A stretch of DNA of 35,655 nt from Candidatus Hodarchaeota archaeon (GTDB lineage Archaea > Asgardarchaeota > Heimdallarchaeia > Hodarchaeales > Hodarchaeaceae): contig JAEOTC010000162.1 in the NCBI GenBank assembly GCA_016840035.1, positions 1 through 35,655 of the forward strand, in the 5' to 3' direction. Positions 1 through 8,859 of the stretch are shown here, one piece after another. A model generated the notes under the pieces. It searched no databases. It saw nothing but the letters and a program-made list of their open reading frames with translations, and was not told the origin of the DNA. The translations under genes and the position numbers were made by a program. The stretch's first letter is position 1, and the number at the start of each line of letters is the position of its first letter.

Positions 1-714
1 AGATGTTTCATATATTGAGGGAACATCGATTCCACGCATTCGGTCTTTATACCTTTGAACCACCTCCTCCATCGATTCGGGATGAATGTTCTTCTCAAAT
101 CTTGTACCAATAATGTCGTTGACAGGTTGGCCAGACATATCAGCTAAAGAGGAATTTAAAAATTTAACAATACCATCTTGTATTATAGCAATTCCGTCAG
201 TAGCCCGCTCTACTAATGTACGATATTTTTCTTCTGATTCAATAAGTGCTTGATTGGCCTCAATAATATTTGAAATATCACTTGCAAACACCGCTACTCT
301 AACGACTTCATTTTTAGTATTTAGAATTGGATGAATCCAATTTTCAAAAACCATGCCATCACGTGTATCACTGAATCGAACAGGGATCTTCTTTATGATA
401 GCTTCAGTGATAAATTTCTCACGATTTTCACGCACAGACACAGGAAAATGATCATAAATAGATGTACCAACCATTTCATCAACAGTTTTTCCAAGACGTT
501 CTGCAGCTACTTTATTTAATGTGATAACTTCCCCATTTTTTTTCAAAAGTAATGACGACTCAGGTGATACATTTAACAATGAATCAATGTCAGTAACTGC
601 TTGTTCATGTGAAGCAATAACCAAATTATCCTTTTTTAGTAGTAGTTCTTCTTGAATGGCTTGTTTTACGTCCTCAGGAACGTCTTTTCGGTTTAATATT
701 GATTCCCATTTCAT
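1..714 (-). CDS. Multi-PAS domain sensor protein (probable histidine kinase N-terminus), truncated by the window edge
   Basis: Absent from the ORF track because it has no stop in the window. Manual translation from ATG at 714 stays open to base 1 (238 codons): MKWESILNRKDVPEDVK...LLNVSPESSLLLKKNGEVITLNKVAAERLGKTVDEMVGTSIYDHFP...PILNTKNEVVRVAVFASDIS...LIESEEKYRTLVERATDGIAIIQDGIVKFLN...IHPE. This is two PAS domains joined by the typical SEEKYR linker. Confidence 0.85.
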   Translation of the reverse strand, partial: MKWESILNRKDVPEDVKQAIQEELLLKKDNLVIASHEQAVTDIDSLLNVSPESSLLLKKNGEVITLNKVAAERLGKTVDEMVGTSIYDHFPVSVRENREKFITEAIIKKIPVRFSDTRDGMVFENWIHPILNTKNEVVRVAVFASDISNIIEANQALIESEEKYRTLVERATDGIAIIQDGIVKFLNSSLADMSGQPVNDIIGTRFEKNIHPESMEEVVQRYKDRMRGIDVPSIYETS

Positions 715-844
715 TGTATTCACATTAAGAAGGATCAGAAATTTGCATCACAAATGAACTTACGATGTTGTTATTTATATCAATCCATTTCGATTCATTG
801 AAACAAAGCTTACATTAAATCTGATATGTTCTGGTAGAGAGACC

Positions 845-1477
845 TTGAATAGGATAAAATTCGTAATATTTGACTTGGATGACACATTAATCCACTCTGG
901 AATAGATTACGTTGCTATTCGTGAGAAGATTTACAGATTTTTTCCCCCAAATTTTCATCTTTCCAACCTCCAGAAAACACCTATCCTCAAACTTGCATCT
1001 CAACTCAAAGTGATTGATGAACACCTGTATCTTCAAGCTAAGGAAATAATTGAGCAACATGAAGAAGAGTCAGTTGAAAGAGCAACAATTATTGAAGGAG
1101 CAGACGATTTACCTAAACTTCTTGATCAAAAGCATTTACTGAGTGCAATCTACACTAACAATACGACAAAATCAGTGAGTCTATACCTCCAAAAACCAGA
1201 ATTTATATTCTTAAAATATTTCGATTTTCTAACGAGAGAAGCAGTTTCGCATCCAAAACCTAATCCAGAAGGAATTTTAACCCTTCTCAAGAAATATAAT
1301 GTCGCGAAAGGGAACACAATCTACATTGGTGATTCATTTATTGATGCAGGAGCCGCTCAGAATGCTGGAATTAGATTTATTCTATTTAATTCAAGACGGC
1401 TTGACCTAGAAGCTTATGAAATATCACCCTTTGCAACTATTAACCGATGGTCAGAATTTATTTCACTTCTTGAATGA
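845..1477 (+). CDS. HAD-superfamily hydrolase (phosphoglycolate phosphatase-like)
   Basis: Motif I FDLDDTL, motif II YTNN, motif III PKPNPEG, motif IV YIGDSFID. Confidence 0.9.
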   Translation: MNRIKFVIFDLDDTLIHSGIDYVAIREKIYRFFPPNFHLSNLQKTPILKLASQLKVIDEHLYLQAKEIIEQHEEESVERATIIEGADDLPKLLDQKHLLSAIYTNNTTKSVSLYLQKPEFIFLKYFDFLTREAVSHPKPNPEGILTLLKKYNVAKGNTIYIGDSFIDAGAAQNAGIRFILFNSRRLDLEAYEISPFATINRWSEFISLLE

Positions 1478-2202
1478 ACTTTGAATCTATAGTATGGAGA
1501 GTACTAGCAATGGGAAAATCTGACATAAAAACTCAATTAGCGACCTTATTTCAATTATCAGTACAAAATTCATCATTTAACTCCGCACTTCATCCAAAAT
1601 CATGTGGGGGAGATGATGAATTCAAATATTTAGCATTGTATGGGGATGCTATTCTTAACCTTCTTCTGCTTGATTTGATGTCACGCAATGATTTAAGGGA
1701 TTCTGGCCAGATTACAGAGGCCCTTCAGACGTTTCATAACGAAGAGACATTATATCAACTTGCTAAGGAACTAAAGATTGATGAGATCATGCGAGCTCAA
1801 CATCAAAATGTAAATCTTACAAAAAATGACTTAAAAGAAAGTGTGGAGGCTCTGCTAGGTGCTACCTATCTCAATCAGGGATTGAATCCATGTAAAGATG
1901 TGACAAAGACTCTTGTCCAACTAGCACTTTCAAAAAATCTTTTCAATTCAAATCCTAAGGGTGTTCTTCAGGTATTTTTTCAAAAAAAGAATTTACCAAT
2001 TCCTAAATATATCTCAAAACGCGTAGGGGGCCCTGACCATCAACAAATATTTCAGACTACAATAATAGGAGATTATAAAGGAAGAAAATACATGATTCAA
2101 AGTGATCTTCTTCCTAGCAAGAAGAACGCTGAAAAAAATGCTGCTGAAAAGTTTTTAATTGAATTGGGAGAGGAGGAGTTAATGAAAAACTCCTTCTTTT
2201 AA
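1474..2202 (+). CDS. rnc: Ribonuclease III family protein with C-terminal dsRNA-binding domain
   Basis: Signature variant KYLALYGDAILNL and second catalytic helix LKESVEALLGATYL. dsRBD: NPKGVLQVFFQKKNLPIPKY...GGPDHQQIF...SKKNAEKNAAEKFL. ATGA overlap with the HAD gene; an alternative start ATG 1510 has GGAG upstream. Confidence 0.85.
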   Translation: MNFESIVWRVLAMGKSDIKTQLATLFQLSVQNSSFNSALHPKSCGGDDEFKYLALYGDAILNLLLLDLMSRNDLRDSGQITEALQTFHNEETLYQLAKELKIDEIMRAQHQNVNLTKNDLKESVEALLGATYLNQGLNPCKDVTKTLVQLALSKNLFNSNPKGVLQVFFQKKNLPIPKYISKRVGGPDHQQIFQTTIIGDYKGRKYMIQSDLLPSKKNAEKNAAEKFLIELGEEELMKNSFF

Positions 2203-2239
2203 AACTTAATGATATTGAACGCTTTTAAGAAAAAAGTGT

Positions 2240-2258
2240 AAAGAGAAAATTCTAAGAA
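2240..2258 (+). repeat. 19-bp intergenic sequence AAAGAGAAAATTCTAAGAA, copy 1
   Basis: Exact match to 22400-22418; both copies are intergenic. Confidence 0.5.
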
Positions 2259-2341
2259 TATCAGATTAGAAAGGTAATACCAAGTATTAATAAATGTGGA
2301 ATTATTGATTCGATTTAGAGAAAAATTAACACAATTTACTG

Positions 2342-2563
2342 GTGTATATTATGCGGAAATTTGCCTTTCAAGAACTAGCGTATGCCATTGTGGTCGCAAG
2401 TAGTTACGGGCTGTTGTTAGGCTTACTTTATAACACATCTTCTGATTACTGGATCTTTTTTGTTTGGATCCTCGTCATTACCTTACATTTTGCTGGTATC
2501 GTGTTAATTGAATATCTTGAGACTAACAAACGTGAAAAACAAAAACTGGATGACAATAATTAG
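2342..2563 (+). CDS. Small two-TM membrane protein, unknown function
   Basis: Two hydrophobic segments (AYAIVVASSYGLLLGLLY; YWIFFVWILVITLHFAGIVLI) and a charged tail; the ORF fills the intergenic gap. Likely start ATG 2351. Confidence 0.6.
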   Translation: MYIMRKFAFQELAYAIVVASSYGLLLGLLYNTSSDYWIFFVWILVITLHFAGIVLIEYLETNKREKQKLDDNN

Positions 2564-2589
2564 CGTACTCTCTCGTTTTTCTATAATCC

Positions 2590-4689
2590 CTACCTTAATA
2601 GCCTAAGGGAGTTAAAGATAGTAAGAAGTGTGACGCCTACATCACCAAAGACTGCTACCCACATAGATGCTAAACCGACTGTTCCCAGACCAATAAATAG
2701 AGCCTTAATTCCAAGCGCCAATAAGATATTTTGTTTAGCGATTTTATTTGTGTCTCCAGCAATTGATATTGCATCATTCAATCGGTTAGGATTATCGTCC
2801 ATAATAACTAAATCAGCTGCTTCAATTGATGCATCTGAACCGATAGCTCCCATTGCGACACCAATATCCGCACGAGCTATGACAGGAGCATCGTTCATTC
2901 CATCTCCAATAAACATTACCGTCCCACCATTTTCTTCTGCCTTGTGAAGATACTTTTCCAAAATCTCTATTTTATTTAGTGGCATCAAACTCGAGTAAAT
3001 GTTTTCTTGCTTGATACCTAATTCTCCACCAACTCGTTCAGCAATATTCTTTGTATCACCAGTCAATAAGCCTATATGAGGAATGTTCCTTTTCTCTAGG
3101 TATTTTATCGCATCAAAAGCTGTAGTTTTAATCTTATCATCAATGATAATGTGCCCAATATAAACATCATTGAGTACTACATAAACCGCAGTCTCATCAG
3201 TAATACAGGCGGAATGCGGACATTCAATTTCGTGAACCATCTTGTCGTTTCCCACAACGATCGAATCACCAGACTTAGTCTTCATCTTAATTCCTAGAGC
3301 TGGTAATTCTTCGTACTCCTTAACTTGGGAAAGATCCACAGGTTCACCATAGGCTTCAAGAATTGATTTAGCGATTGGGTGATTTGAATGAGCTTCAGCA
3401 AGGGCAGCGTACATAATTACTTCTTGAGGAGAATAATTCTCATCAGGTACAACCATAACAACTTTAAATTTACCTTCAGTTAAAGTCCCAGTTTTATCAA
3501 AGAGAACTGCTGTTACTTCAGTTAATGAATCAATTACATTTGCTCCCTTCAATAACACCCCACTTCGAGAGCTTTTTCCAATTCCTGCGAAATACACAAG
3601 AGGTATTGACACAACTAATGCACAAGGACAGGAAATTACAAGAACTACAAGTGCACGATAAATCCATATTTCCATAGGTTCAGCTAAAAGTAAGGAAGGG
3701 ATTATTGCGATTGCAATTGCTAATATAAGCACAAATGGAGTATAATAACGTGCAAATCTAGTGATGAATACTTCTTTTTCAGATTTATTCTGAGTGGCAT
3801 TCTCTACAACATCAAGAATTCGACTGACTGTAGATTCAGAATGATCTACTGTGACTTTTATCTTAATGCTAGCACTAGTAATTGCTCCTGATAATACTTC
3901 GTCGCCTTTAACAATCGGAACAGGTCTTGATTCGCCAGTCAAAGCTGATAAATCAAGATTAGCATGTGAGGAAACTAGAATTCCATCAATAGGAACACGT
4001 TCTCCCGGTTTTACTAGAATTATATCTCCAGGTGTGATATCCTCAACTGCTACTGTTGTTATATCATCCATAGAGACTAAATGAGCAATATCTGGTCGAA
4101 TATCCAATAATTCACTGATGGATTTACGTGATTTATTAACTGCCCTGGACTGTAAATATTCCCCGATTGAATAAAAAACCATTACAGCCGCAGCTTCTGG
4201 AAGTTCATCGATAAGAATAGCGCCCAAAGTAGCTATAGCCATTAAGAAATATTCATTAGCTATGTCAAAATTTTGAAGTCTAAGAATCGCTTTACGTAAA
4301 ACATGAAAACCGGATACCAGATATGAACTGAAAAGTACCAAATGTCCTCCTAGAACAACTAACGGTGGAAAAGAAAAGCTTGTTAACAAAATTCCAAAAA
4401 ATAAGAGGATTATTGAAATGGAGATCCGTATAAGTAGGAAGTTTTCACGTTTTTTAGCACTCGAGAAGTCTTGCGATGTTTTCTCTGGAATTGCTATCGC
4501 TCCAGGTTCAATTCGTGAGATAATTGAATTAATCTCCGATATGTTATCCGACCCGATTTGTAGACGACGGGTTGTAAAGTTTAGTTTTACTGAAGAATAG
4601 CCTTGTTGTTTCAATGAGGATTCGATTTTTAATGCACAATCAGCACATGAAAGCCCTTGAAGTAGAAAATTATGCTTTTCCTGTGCCAT
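2590..4689 (-). CDS. cadA: Heavy-metal translocating P1B-2 type ATPase (Zn/Cd/Pb; CadA/ZntA)
   Basis: N-terminal HMA domain GLSCADC, TGES, SCPCAL, DKTGT, SNHP, GDGMNDAP, and the Asp in the last TM (AVFGDVG) typical of P1B-2. AAGGTGA RBS upstream. Confidence 0.93.
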   Translation of the reverse strand: MAQEKHNFLLQGLSCADCALKIESSLKQQGYSSVKLNFTTRRLQIGSDNISEINSIISRIEPGAIAIPEKTSQDFSSAKKRENFLLIRISISIILLFFGILLTSFSFPPLVVLGGHLVLFSSYLVSGFHVLRKAILRLQNFDIANEYFLMAIATLGAILIDELPEAAAVMVFYSIGEYLQSRAVNKSRKSISELLDIRPDIAHLVSMDDITTVAVEDITPGDIILVKPGERVPIDGILVSSHANLDLSALTGESRPVPIVKGDEVLSGAITSASIKIKVTVDHSESTVSRILDVVENATQNKSEKEVFITRFARYYTPFVLILAIAIAIIPSLLLAEPMEIWIYRALVVLVISCPCALVVSIPLVYFAGIGKSSRSGVLLKGANVIDSLTEVTAVLFDKTGTLTEGKFKVVMVVPDENYSPQEVIMYAALAEAHSNHPIAKSILEAYGEPVDLSQVKEYEELPALGIKMKTKSGDSIVVGNDKMVHEIECPHSACITDETAVYVVLNDVYIGHIIIDDKIKTTAFDAIKYLEKRNIPHIGLLTGDTKNIAERVGGELGIKQENIYSSLMPLNKIEILEKYLHKAEENGGTVMFIGDGMNDAPVIARADIGVAMGAIGSDASIEAADLVIMDDNPNRLNDAISIAGDTNKIAKQNILLALGIKALFIGLGTVGLASMWVAVFGDVGVTLLTIFNSLRLLR

Positions 4690-4704
4690 GAGATCATCAC
4701 CTTC

Positions 4705-5061
4705 TTAGCTAATATCTGCTTCTTTCATATGTGCTAATGTTTGAGCGAGGATGGGATGAAGATGCTCTTTTTCCAAAGTGTAGAAAATCTGTTTTCCATC
4801 ACGTCGGGATTTAACTAAACGATGTTGTTTTAAATATCTCAATTGGTGGGAGATCGCGGATTGTTTAGCATTCAAGGTAGTACTGATATCACAAACACAT
4901 AATTCTACTTCTGATAGTGCAAGAAGAATTTTAATCCGAGTTTCACCAGCTAATAGCTTGAAAAAACCTGCTACTTCGGTGGGATTACTATCCTCAATCG
5001 TTTTTTTAGCATGTGCCACGTTATCTGGATGAATTACAAATTCTTCACAATCATTTGACAT
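4705..5061 (-). CDS. cadC: ArsR/SmtB-family metalloregulatory repressor (CadC/SmtB-like)
   Basis: ELCVCDI motif, SAISHQLRYL helix, wing RRDGKQIFY, C-terminal H..AHMKE. Lies directly upstream of the P1B ATPase. Confidence 0.9.
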   Translation of the reverse strand: MSNDCEEFVIHPDNVAHAKKTIEDSNPTEVAGFFKLLAGETRIKILLALSEVELCVCDISTTLNAKQSAISHQLRYLKQHRLVKSRRDGKQIFYTLEKEHLHPILAQTLAHMKEADIS

Positions 5062-5117
5062 TTGGATTCGAACCTAGGAATTTCTCACTTTATTTTTGAA
5101 ATAAGATCTAAATAAAT

Positions 5118-5139
5118 CATATGAACGATCATTCATATG
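5118..5139. promoter_or_regulatory. ArsR/SmtB-type operator inverted repeat
   Basis: CATATGAA-cgatca-TTCATATG is a perfect 8-6-8 inverted repeat with the TGAA-N6-TTCA core of SmtB/CzrA/CadC operators, 56 bp upstream of the repressor start. It abuts a TATA-like TTTATTTA (minus strand, 5116-5109). Confidence 0.8.
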
Positions 5140-5319
5140 TGTTTGGTTTCACAAATTCGCAGTAGAACATCAGTTTGTTTGCGAAAATTTAACTGGTCAA
5201 TTAAGTACGCTAGAAATGATTAGGTATATTTTCTACTCTACGATTTTCGGGGATAGTGTATTAAAATTAATAAAGGAATTGTCAATAGTGAATTAACTTG
5301 AAATTAATGGTGAATTACT

Positions 5320-6723
5320 ATGTCTAAACTTGTTCTTTCCGAAGCCACAAAAATAATGGAGATCATCGATGCTTATCCATTCCTGACTGAGGTTTTAGTA
5401 GAATTAGATCCAATTTTACGACGTTTCAAAAATCCAATTCTGCGTAAAACTGTCGGTAGAAAAGCTACTCTAACCGATGTCTCTGATATGATTAACAAGG
5501 ACTTAGATGAGGTGATTTCGTTCTTTTCCAAAAAAATTGAAGATTCTACTAACGCTAAAGTAGAACGAAGTGTCGGATCAGAAAGAAAAAGTGGATGGGA
5601 AGATGAACATACACGAAAGCGTGAAATGTTAAAGGCATTAGTACTCGAGCTACATGAGGGTGGGGAATTACCAGCATTGAAAACCAGATTTAATGAAATA
5701 TTGGGTGATGTTGAAGCAACAGATATTGCTTCGATGGAACAGGAGTTAATTGACTCGGGAGAACTAACTGTTGACCAAATAACTCTTCTATGTGATTTAC
5801 ATGTCGGGATATTTGAAGACACTCTAAGTGAACATCAAAAACCACAGGCTGTTCCTGGACATCCCATTCATACTTATATGGCAGAAAATTCAAAGGCGAA
5901 GAATTTAATTACTAAACTCCGAGAAAAACCATCTCCTGAGTTAATCAAGGAATTAGCAAAAATTGAAATTCATTACACACGTCTAGAAAATCAATTCTTT
6001 CCCATGTTGGAAAAAAAAGACTTTTCTGGACCCTCACAAGTAATGTGGGCAAAACATGATGAAACAAGGCAGTTGCTGAAGCAAGGTGAAGATGTCGATA
6101 TAGATGAGCTTACGGCTCAAGTTGAAGACATGATCTTCAAAGAAGAGACAATTCTTTTTCCAACAAGTTTGGAATTATTAACTACGCTTGATTGGCAAAC
6201 AGTAAAGCATGGTGAAGAAGAAATCGGTTTTGCTTGGGTTACTCCTGGAGATGAGTGGACACCTCTTACTCCAGAAATCATTCATCAAGCGTCAAAACTT
6301 GAAAAGACTACAGATTCTTTATCTTTGAACACAGGCAAATTATCACTCGAACAGATAGATTTAATGCTTACTCACCTTCCGATTGAAATTTCCTATATTA
6401 ATACTCAAGATGAGGTTCTTTACTATTCTGGAACAAAGGAACGAATTTTTCCTCGTAGTCCTGGTGTTATCGGGAGGAAGGTACAAAAATGCCACCCTCC
6501 AAAAAGTGTAGATAAAGTAGAGGAGATAATTAGTGCCTTTAGAGCAGGACATAAAGATCAGGCAGAATTTTGGATTACAATGGAAGGTAAATTTCTACAT
6601 ATCCGCTATTTTGCTGTTAGGAATGATGAAGGAATTTATCAGGGAACTCTTGAAGTTATGCAAGATGTAACCTCGATTCGCGCTCTTGAAGGAGAAAGAA
6701 GACTAGTTAATTGGGAAAAATAA
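5320..6723 (+). CDS. DUF1858/DUF438 + hemerythrin-like + PAS_10 domain protein
   Basis: N-terminal F..NPILRKTVGRKATL, LHEG, LCDLHVGIF, GHPIHTYMAEN, HYTRLENQFFP, VMWAKHDE, MIFKEETILFP. C-terminal PAS: RIFPRSPGVIGRKVQKCHPPKS...YFAVR...GTLEVMQDVT. GGTGA RBS at 5309-5313. Confidence 0.88.
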   Translation: MSKLVLSEATKIMEIIDAYPFLTEVLVELDPILRRFKNPILRKTVGRKATLTDVSDMINKDLDEVISFFSKKIEDSTNAKVERSVGSERKSGWEDEHTRKREMLKALVLELHEGGELPALKTRFNEILGDVEATDIASMEQELIDSGELTVDQITLLCDLHVGIFEDTLSEHQKPQAVPGHPIHTYMAENSKAKNLITKLREKPSPELIKELAKIEIHYTRLENQFFPMLEKKDFSGPSQVMWAKHDETRQLLKQGEDVDIDELTAQVEDMIFKEETILFPTSLELLTTLDWQTVKHGEEEIGFAWVTPGDEWTPLTPEIIHQASKLEKTTDSLSLNTGKLSLEQIDLMLTHLPIEISYINTQDEVLYYSGTKERIFPRSPGVIGRKVQKCHPPKSVDKVEEIISAFRAGHKDQAEFWITMEGKFLHIRYFAVRNDEGIYQGTLEVMQDVTSIRALEGERRLVNWEK

Positions 6724-6742
6724 CTGCAAGAAGGAAATTCTT

Positions 6743-7756
6743 ATGTCAATACAAAGAAATCTGGGATTTACTATTAGTTACGACTTTTTATCTCCTAAAG
6801 AAACTCATAGCCTTTTAGAGATCATGGATAATTCTGCGTTTACACATATCTTTGTACCAGAAGTGTGGGGATATGACTCCTTTCTAGCCTGTGCTCGAAT
6901 GGCTTCTCACACTAGGAATTTGATCTTTGGCACTGGTATTGTGAATATGTACTCCCGATCACCCGCAACTATGGCACAAGCTGCAGCGAGTATTGATGAA
7001 CAATCTGAAGGACGTTTCATCTTAGGGCTGGGATTGAGTGGACCTAAGGTAATACAAGGTTGGCATGGCTTAGATTATTTTAATGGTTCTCCCATGCAAC
7101 GCACACGTGAGTACCTAGAAATTCTACATTTGATTTTCTCGGGGGAAACTGTTAATTATCCTACAGGAGAAATTTTCAAACTCAACAATTTTAAAATTCG
7201 AAGTTTTGATACTCCAGTTGAAGTACCGATCTACCTAGCAGCTTTTGGTACGAAGAATGTACAACTCGCAGGTGAACTCGCAGATGGTTGGTTACCTATT
7301 TGGACCTCTTATCCCGAAATACCAAGTCTGAAAGAGAATTTTGAAAAAGGATTAGCCCAAAATTCTACCAATGTGAATAAAGAAAAAGATATTGCTCCCT
7401 TTATTGTAACATGCGCCTCTGAAAATCCTAAGGCAAAATATTTTGTCAAGAAGCAATTGTCTTTCTATATCGGTGGCATGGGTACATACTATGCGAGAGT
7501 TGTTAAGCAGTACGGTTTCTCTCAGGAAGTGGATAAAATCAGAACCGCTTGGAATGCAGGTGAAAGAGAAGATGCTCTTCAAGAAGTAACTGATGAGATG
7601 TTGGATCGGCTAGCTGCAGTAGGTCCCCCTGATAAAGTTTTAGCACGCTATGAAGCTCTGAGAAAAGCCGGTGTGACAAACCCCGTTGTTTGGTTACCCG
7701 TCGGATGTCCTCCTGAACTAGCTTTGGAAACAATTCATACTTTCCAAGACAGTTAG
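6743..7756 (+). CDS. LLM-class (luciferase-like, probably F420-dependent) oxidoreductase
   Basis: PEVWGYDSF, GTGIVNMYSRSPATMAQAAASIDEQSEGRFILGLGLSGPKVIQGWHG, PIYLAAFG, LAGELADGW. Confidence 0.88.
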   Translation: MSIQRNLGFTISYDFLSPKETHSLLEIMDNSAFTHIFVPEVWGYDSFLACARMASHTRNLIFGTGIVNMYSRSPATMAQAAASIDEQSEGRFILGLGLSGPKVIQGWHGLDYFNGSPMQRTREYLEILHLIFSGETVNYPTGEIFKLNNFKIRSFDTPVEVPIYLAAFGTKNVQLAGELADGWLPIWTSYPEIPSLKENFEKGLAQNSTNVNKEKDIAPFIVTCASENPKAKYFVKKQLSFYIGGMGTYYARVVKQYGFSQEVDKIRTAWNAGEREDALQEVTDEMLDRLAAVGPPDKVLARYEALRKAGVTNPVVWLPVGCPPELALETIHTFQDS

Positions 7757-7767
7757 CAGGAGAAGGG

Positions 7768-8283
7768 CTAAATGTTTTCATCTAATGCGGTATCTATTTC
7801 ATTAAAATAATGAAGATAGTCTCCCTCAATTCGAGGTTTTTCTAGTTTTTTCAAACAATAATTTAACTGTCCCCGGTGATAGATTGTATGAGTAATATAC
7901 TGTAAATAAAAATCTAACTTCATCATACAAAAACTGTCTCCGTCGTTTCGAGGGACTGCCACTGTGCCGTCTGAATTATTTTGAATCTCGGAAACAAGCT
8001 GATTATCCAACTGTTCCCATAATTGAATAAGCTCTGATTGAGAGTATTGATCCACTATTTGATAGAATCCTCCTTCAATGTGCAGGTCAAAAAACTCTAG
8101 ATCCTTTTTTAAAAGGGAAAAGCAACGTAGCAAGGCAGAGCAGATATGTACAACTTTATTTTTCGTAGAACCAAGAATAGGGTCTAAATTTCGGAAGAAT
8201 TCCTCTTCTGACAGACTTTGTAGAATTTCTCTTGATTTATCTCCAACCCAGAGATGGTAATTGGCTAGATTCTTCATACCCAT
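7768..8283 (-). CDS. DinB/YfiT-family four-helix-bundle protein
   Basis: YHLW..., first His in VVHICSA, C-terminal THTIYHRGQL. Start chosen at ATG 8283 (GGAGA 7 nt upstream); the ORF track extends to 8328. Confidence 0.8.
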   Translation of the reverse strand: MGMKNLANYHLWVGDKSREILQSLSEEEFFRNLDPILGSTKNKVVHICSALLRCFSLLKKDLEFFDLHIEGGFYQIVDQYSQSELIQLWEQLDNQLVSEIQNNSDGTVAVPRNDGDSFCMMKLDFYLQYITHTIYHRGQLNYCLKKLEKPRIEGDYLHYFNEIDTALDENI

Positions 8284-8459
8284 GGTATAGTCTCCGAATA
8301 CTGGAAAATTTCTAAGATGTTGTTCCAATAAAGGTCTAATTTTTAACCCCCCTGTTTCTAAGATAGTAATTTCAAATATTATACTACAGAGTTTTTTTAC
8401 TAGATTGCCTCAAGTAGTAGCATTAAATATACTGAATGGTCTCATTCGCTGGAGTCAAA

Positions 8460-8810
8460 ATGGGAACCGAAATTGCGTATTGTGGTTTGATATGTACCGA
8501 ATGTCCAGCATATCTCGCAAAGCGAACAGATAATCAAGATCTACGAAAACAAACGGCAAAAGAATGGTCAAAAGGGAATTTGAAAGTCACCCCAGACCAG
8601 ATAAATTGTGATGGTTGTCATAATCACGAGGATATCTTTATTTACTGCGAGAAATGTGTTATCCGGCAATGTGCTACAAAAAAGAACATTGCTACATGTG
8701 CTGAATGTGAGGAGTATCCCTGTAAAGATAAATTAGAAGATTTCTGGTCAAATTTTAACATACACCAAGCTAAAGCAACGCTAGACTCCATTCACAATTC
8801 TCTGGCATAA
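8460..8810 (+). CDS. DUF3795-family cysteine-rich protein
   Basis: IAYCGLICTECPAY...CDGC...CEKCVIRQCA...TCAECEEYPC pattern. GGAG precedes ATG 8460 (ORF track start 8436). Confidence 0.85.
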   Translation: MGTEIAYCGLICTECPAYLAKRTDNQDLRKQTAKEWSKGNLKVTPDQINCDGCHNHEDIFIYCEKCVIRQCATKKNIATCAECEEYPCKDKLEDFWSNFNIHQAKATLDSIHNSLA

Positions 8811-8859
8811 TATGAAGATAATAACAAATACTGTGTTTATGTAAAGGTGAAAATCCATT

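Noticed and set aside
331-519. 62-aa + strand ORF
   Set aside because: Antisense shadow of the PAS-domain gene at 1-714.
2630-4600. Three + strand ORFs (2630-2947, 3851-4084, 4418-4600)
   Set aside because: Antisense shadows inside the well-supported P1B ATPase.
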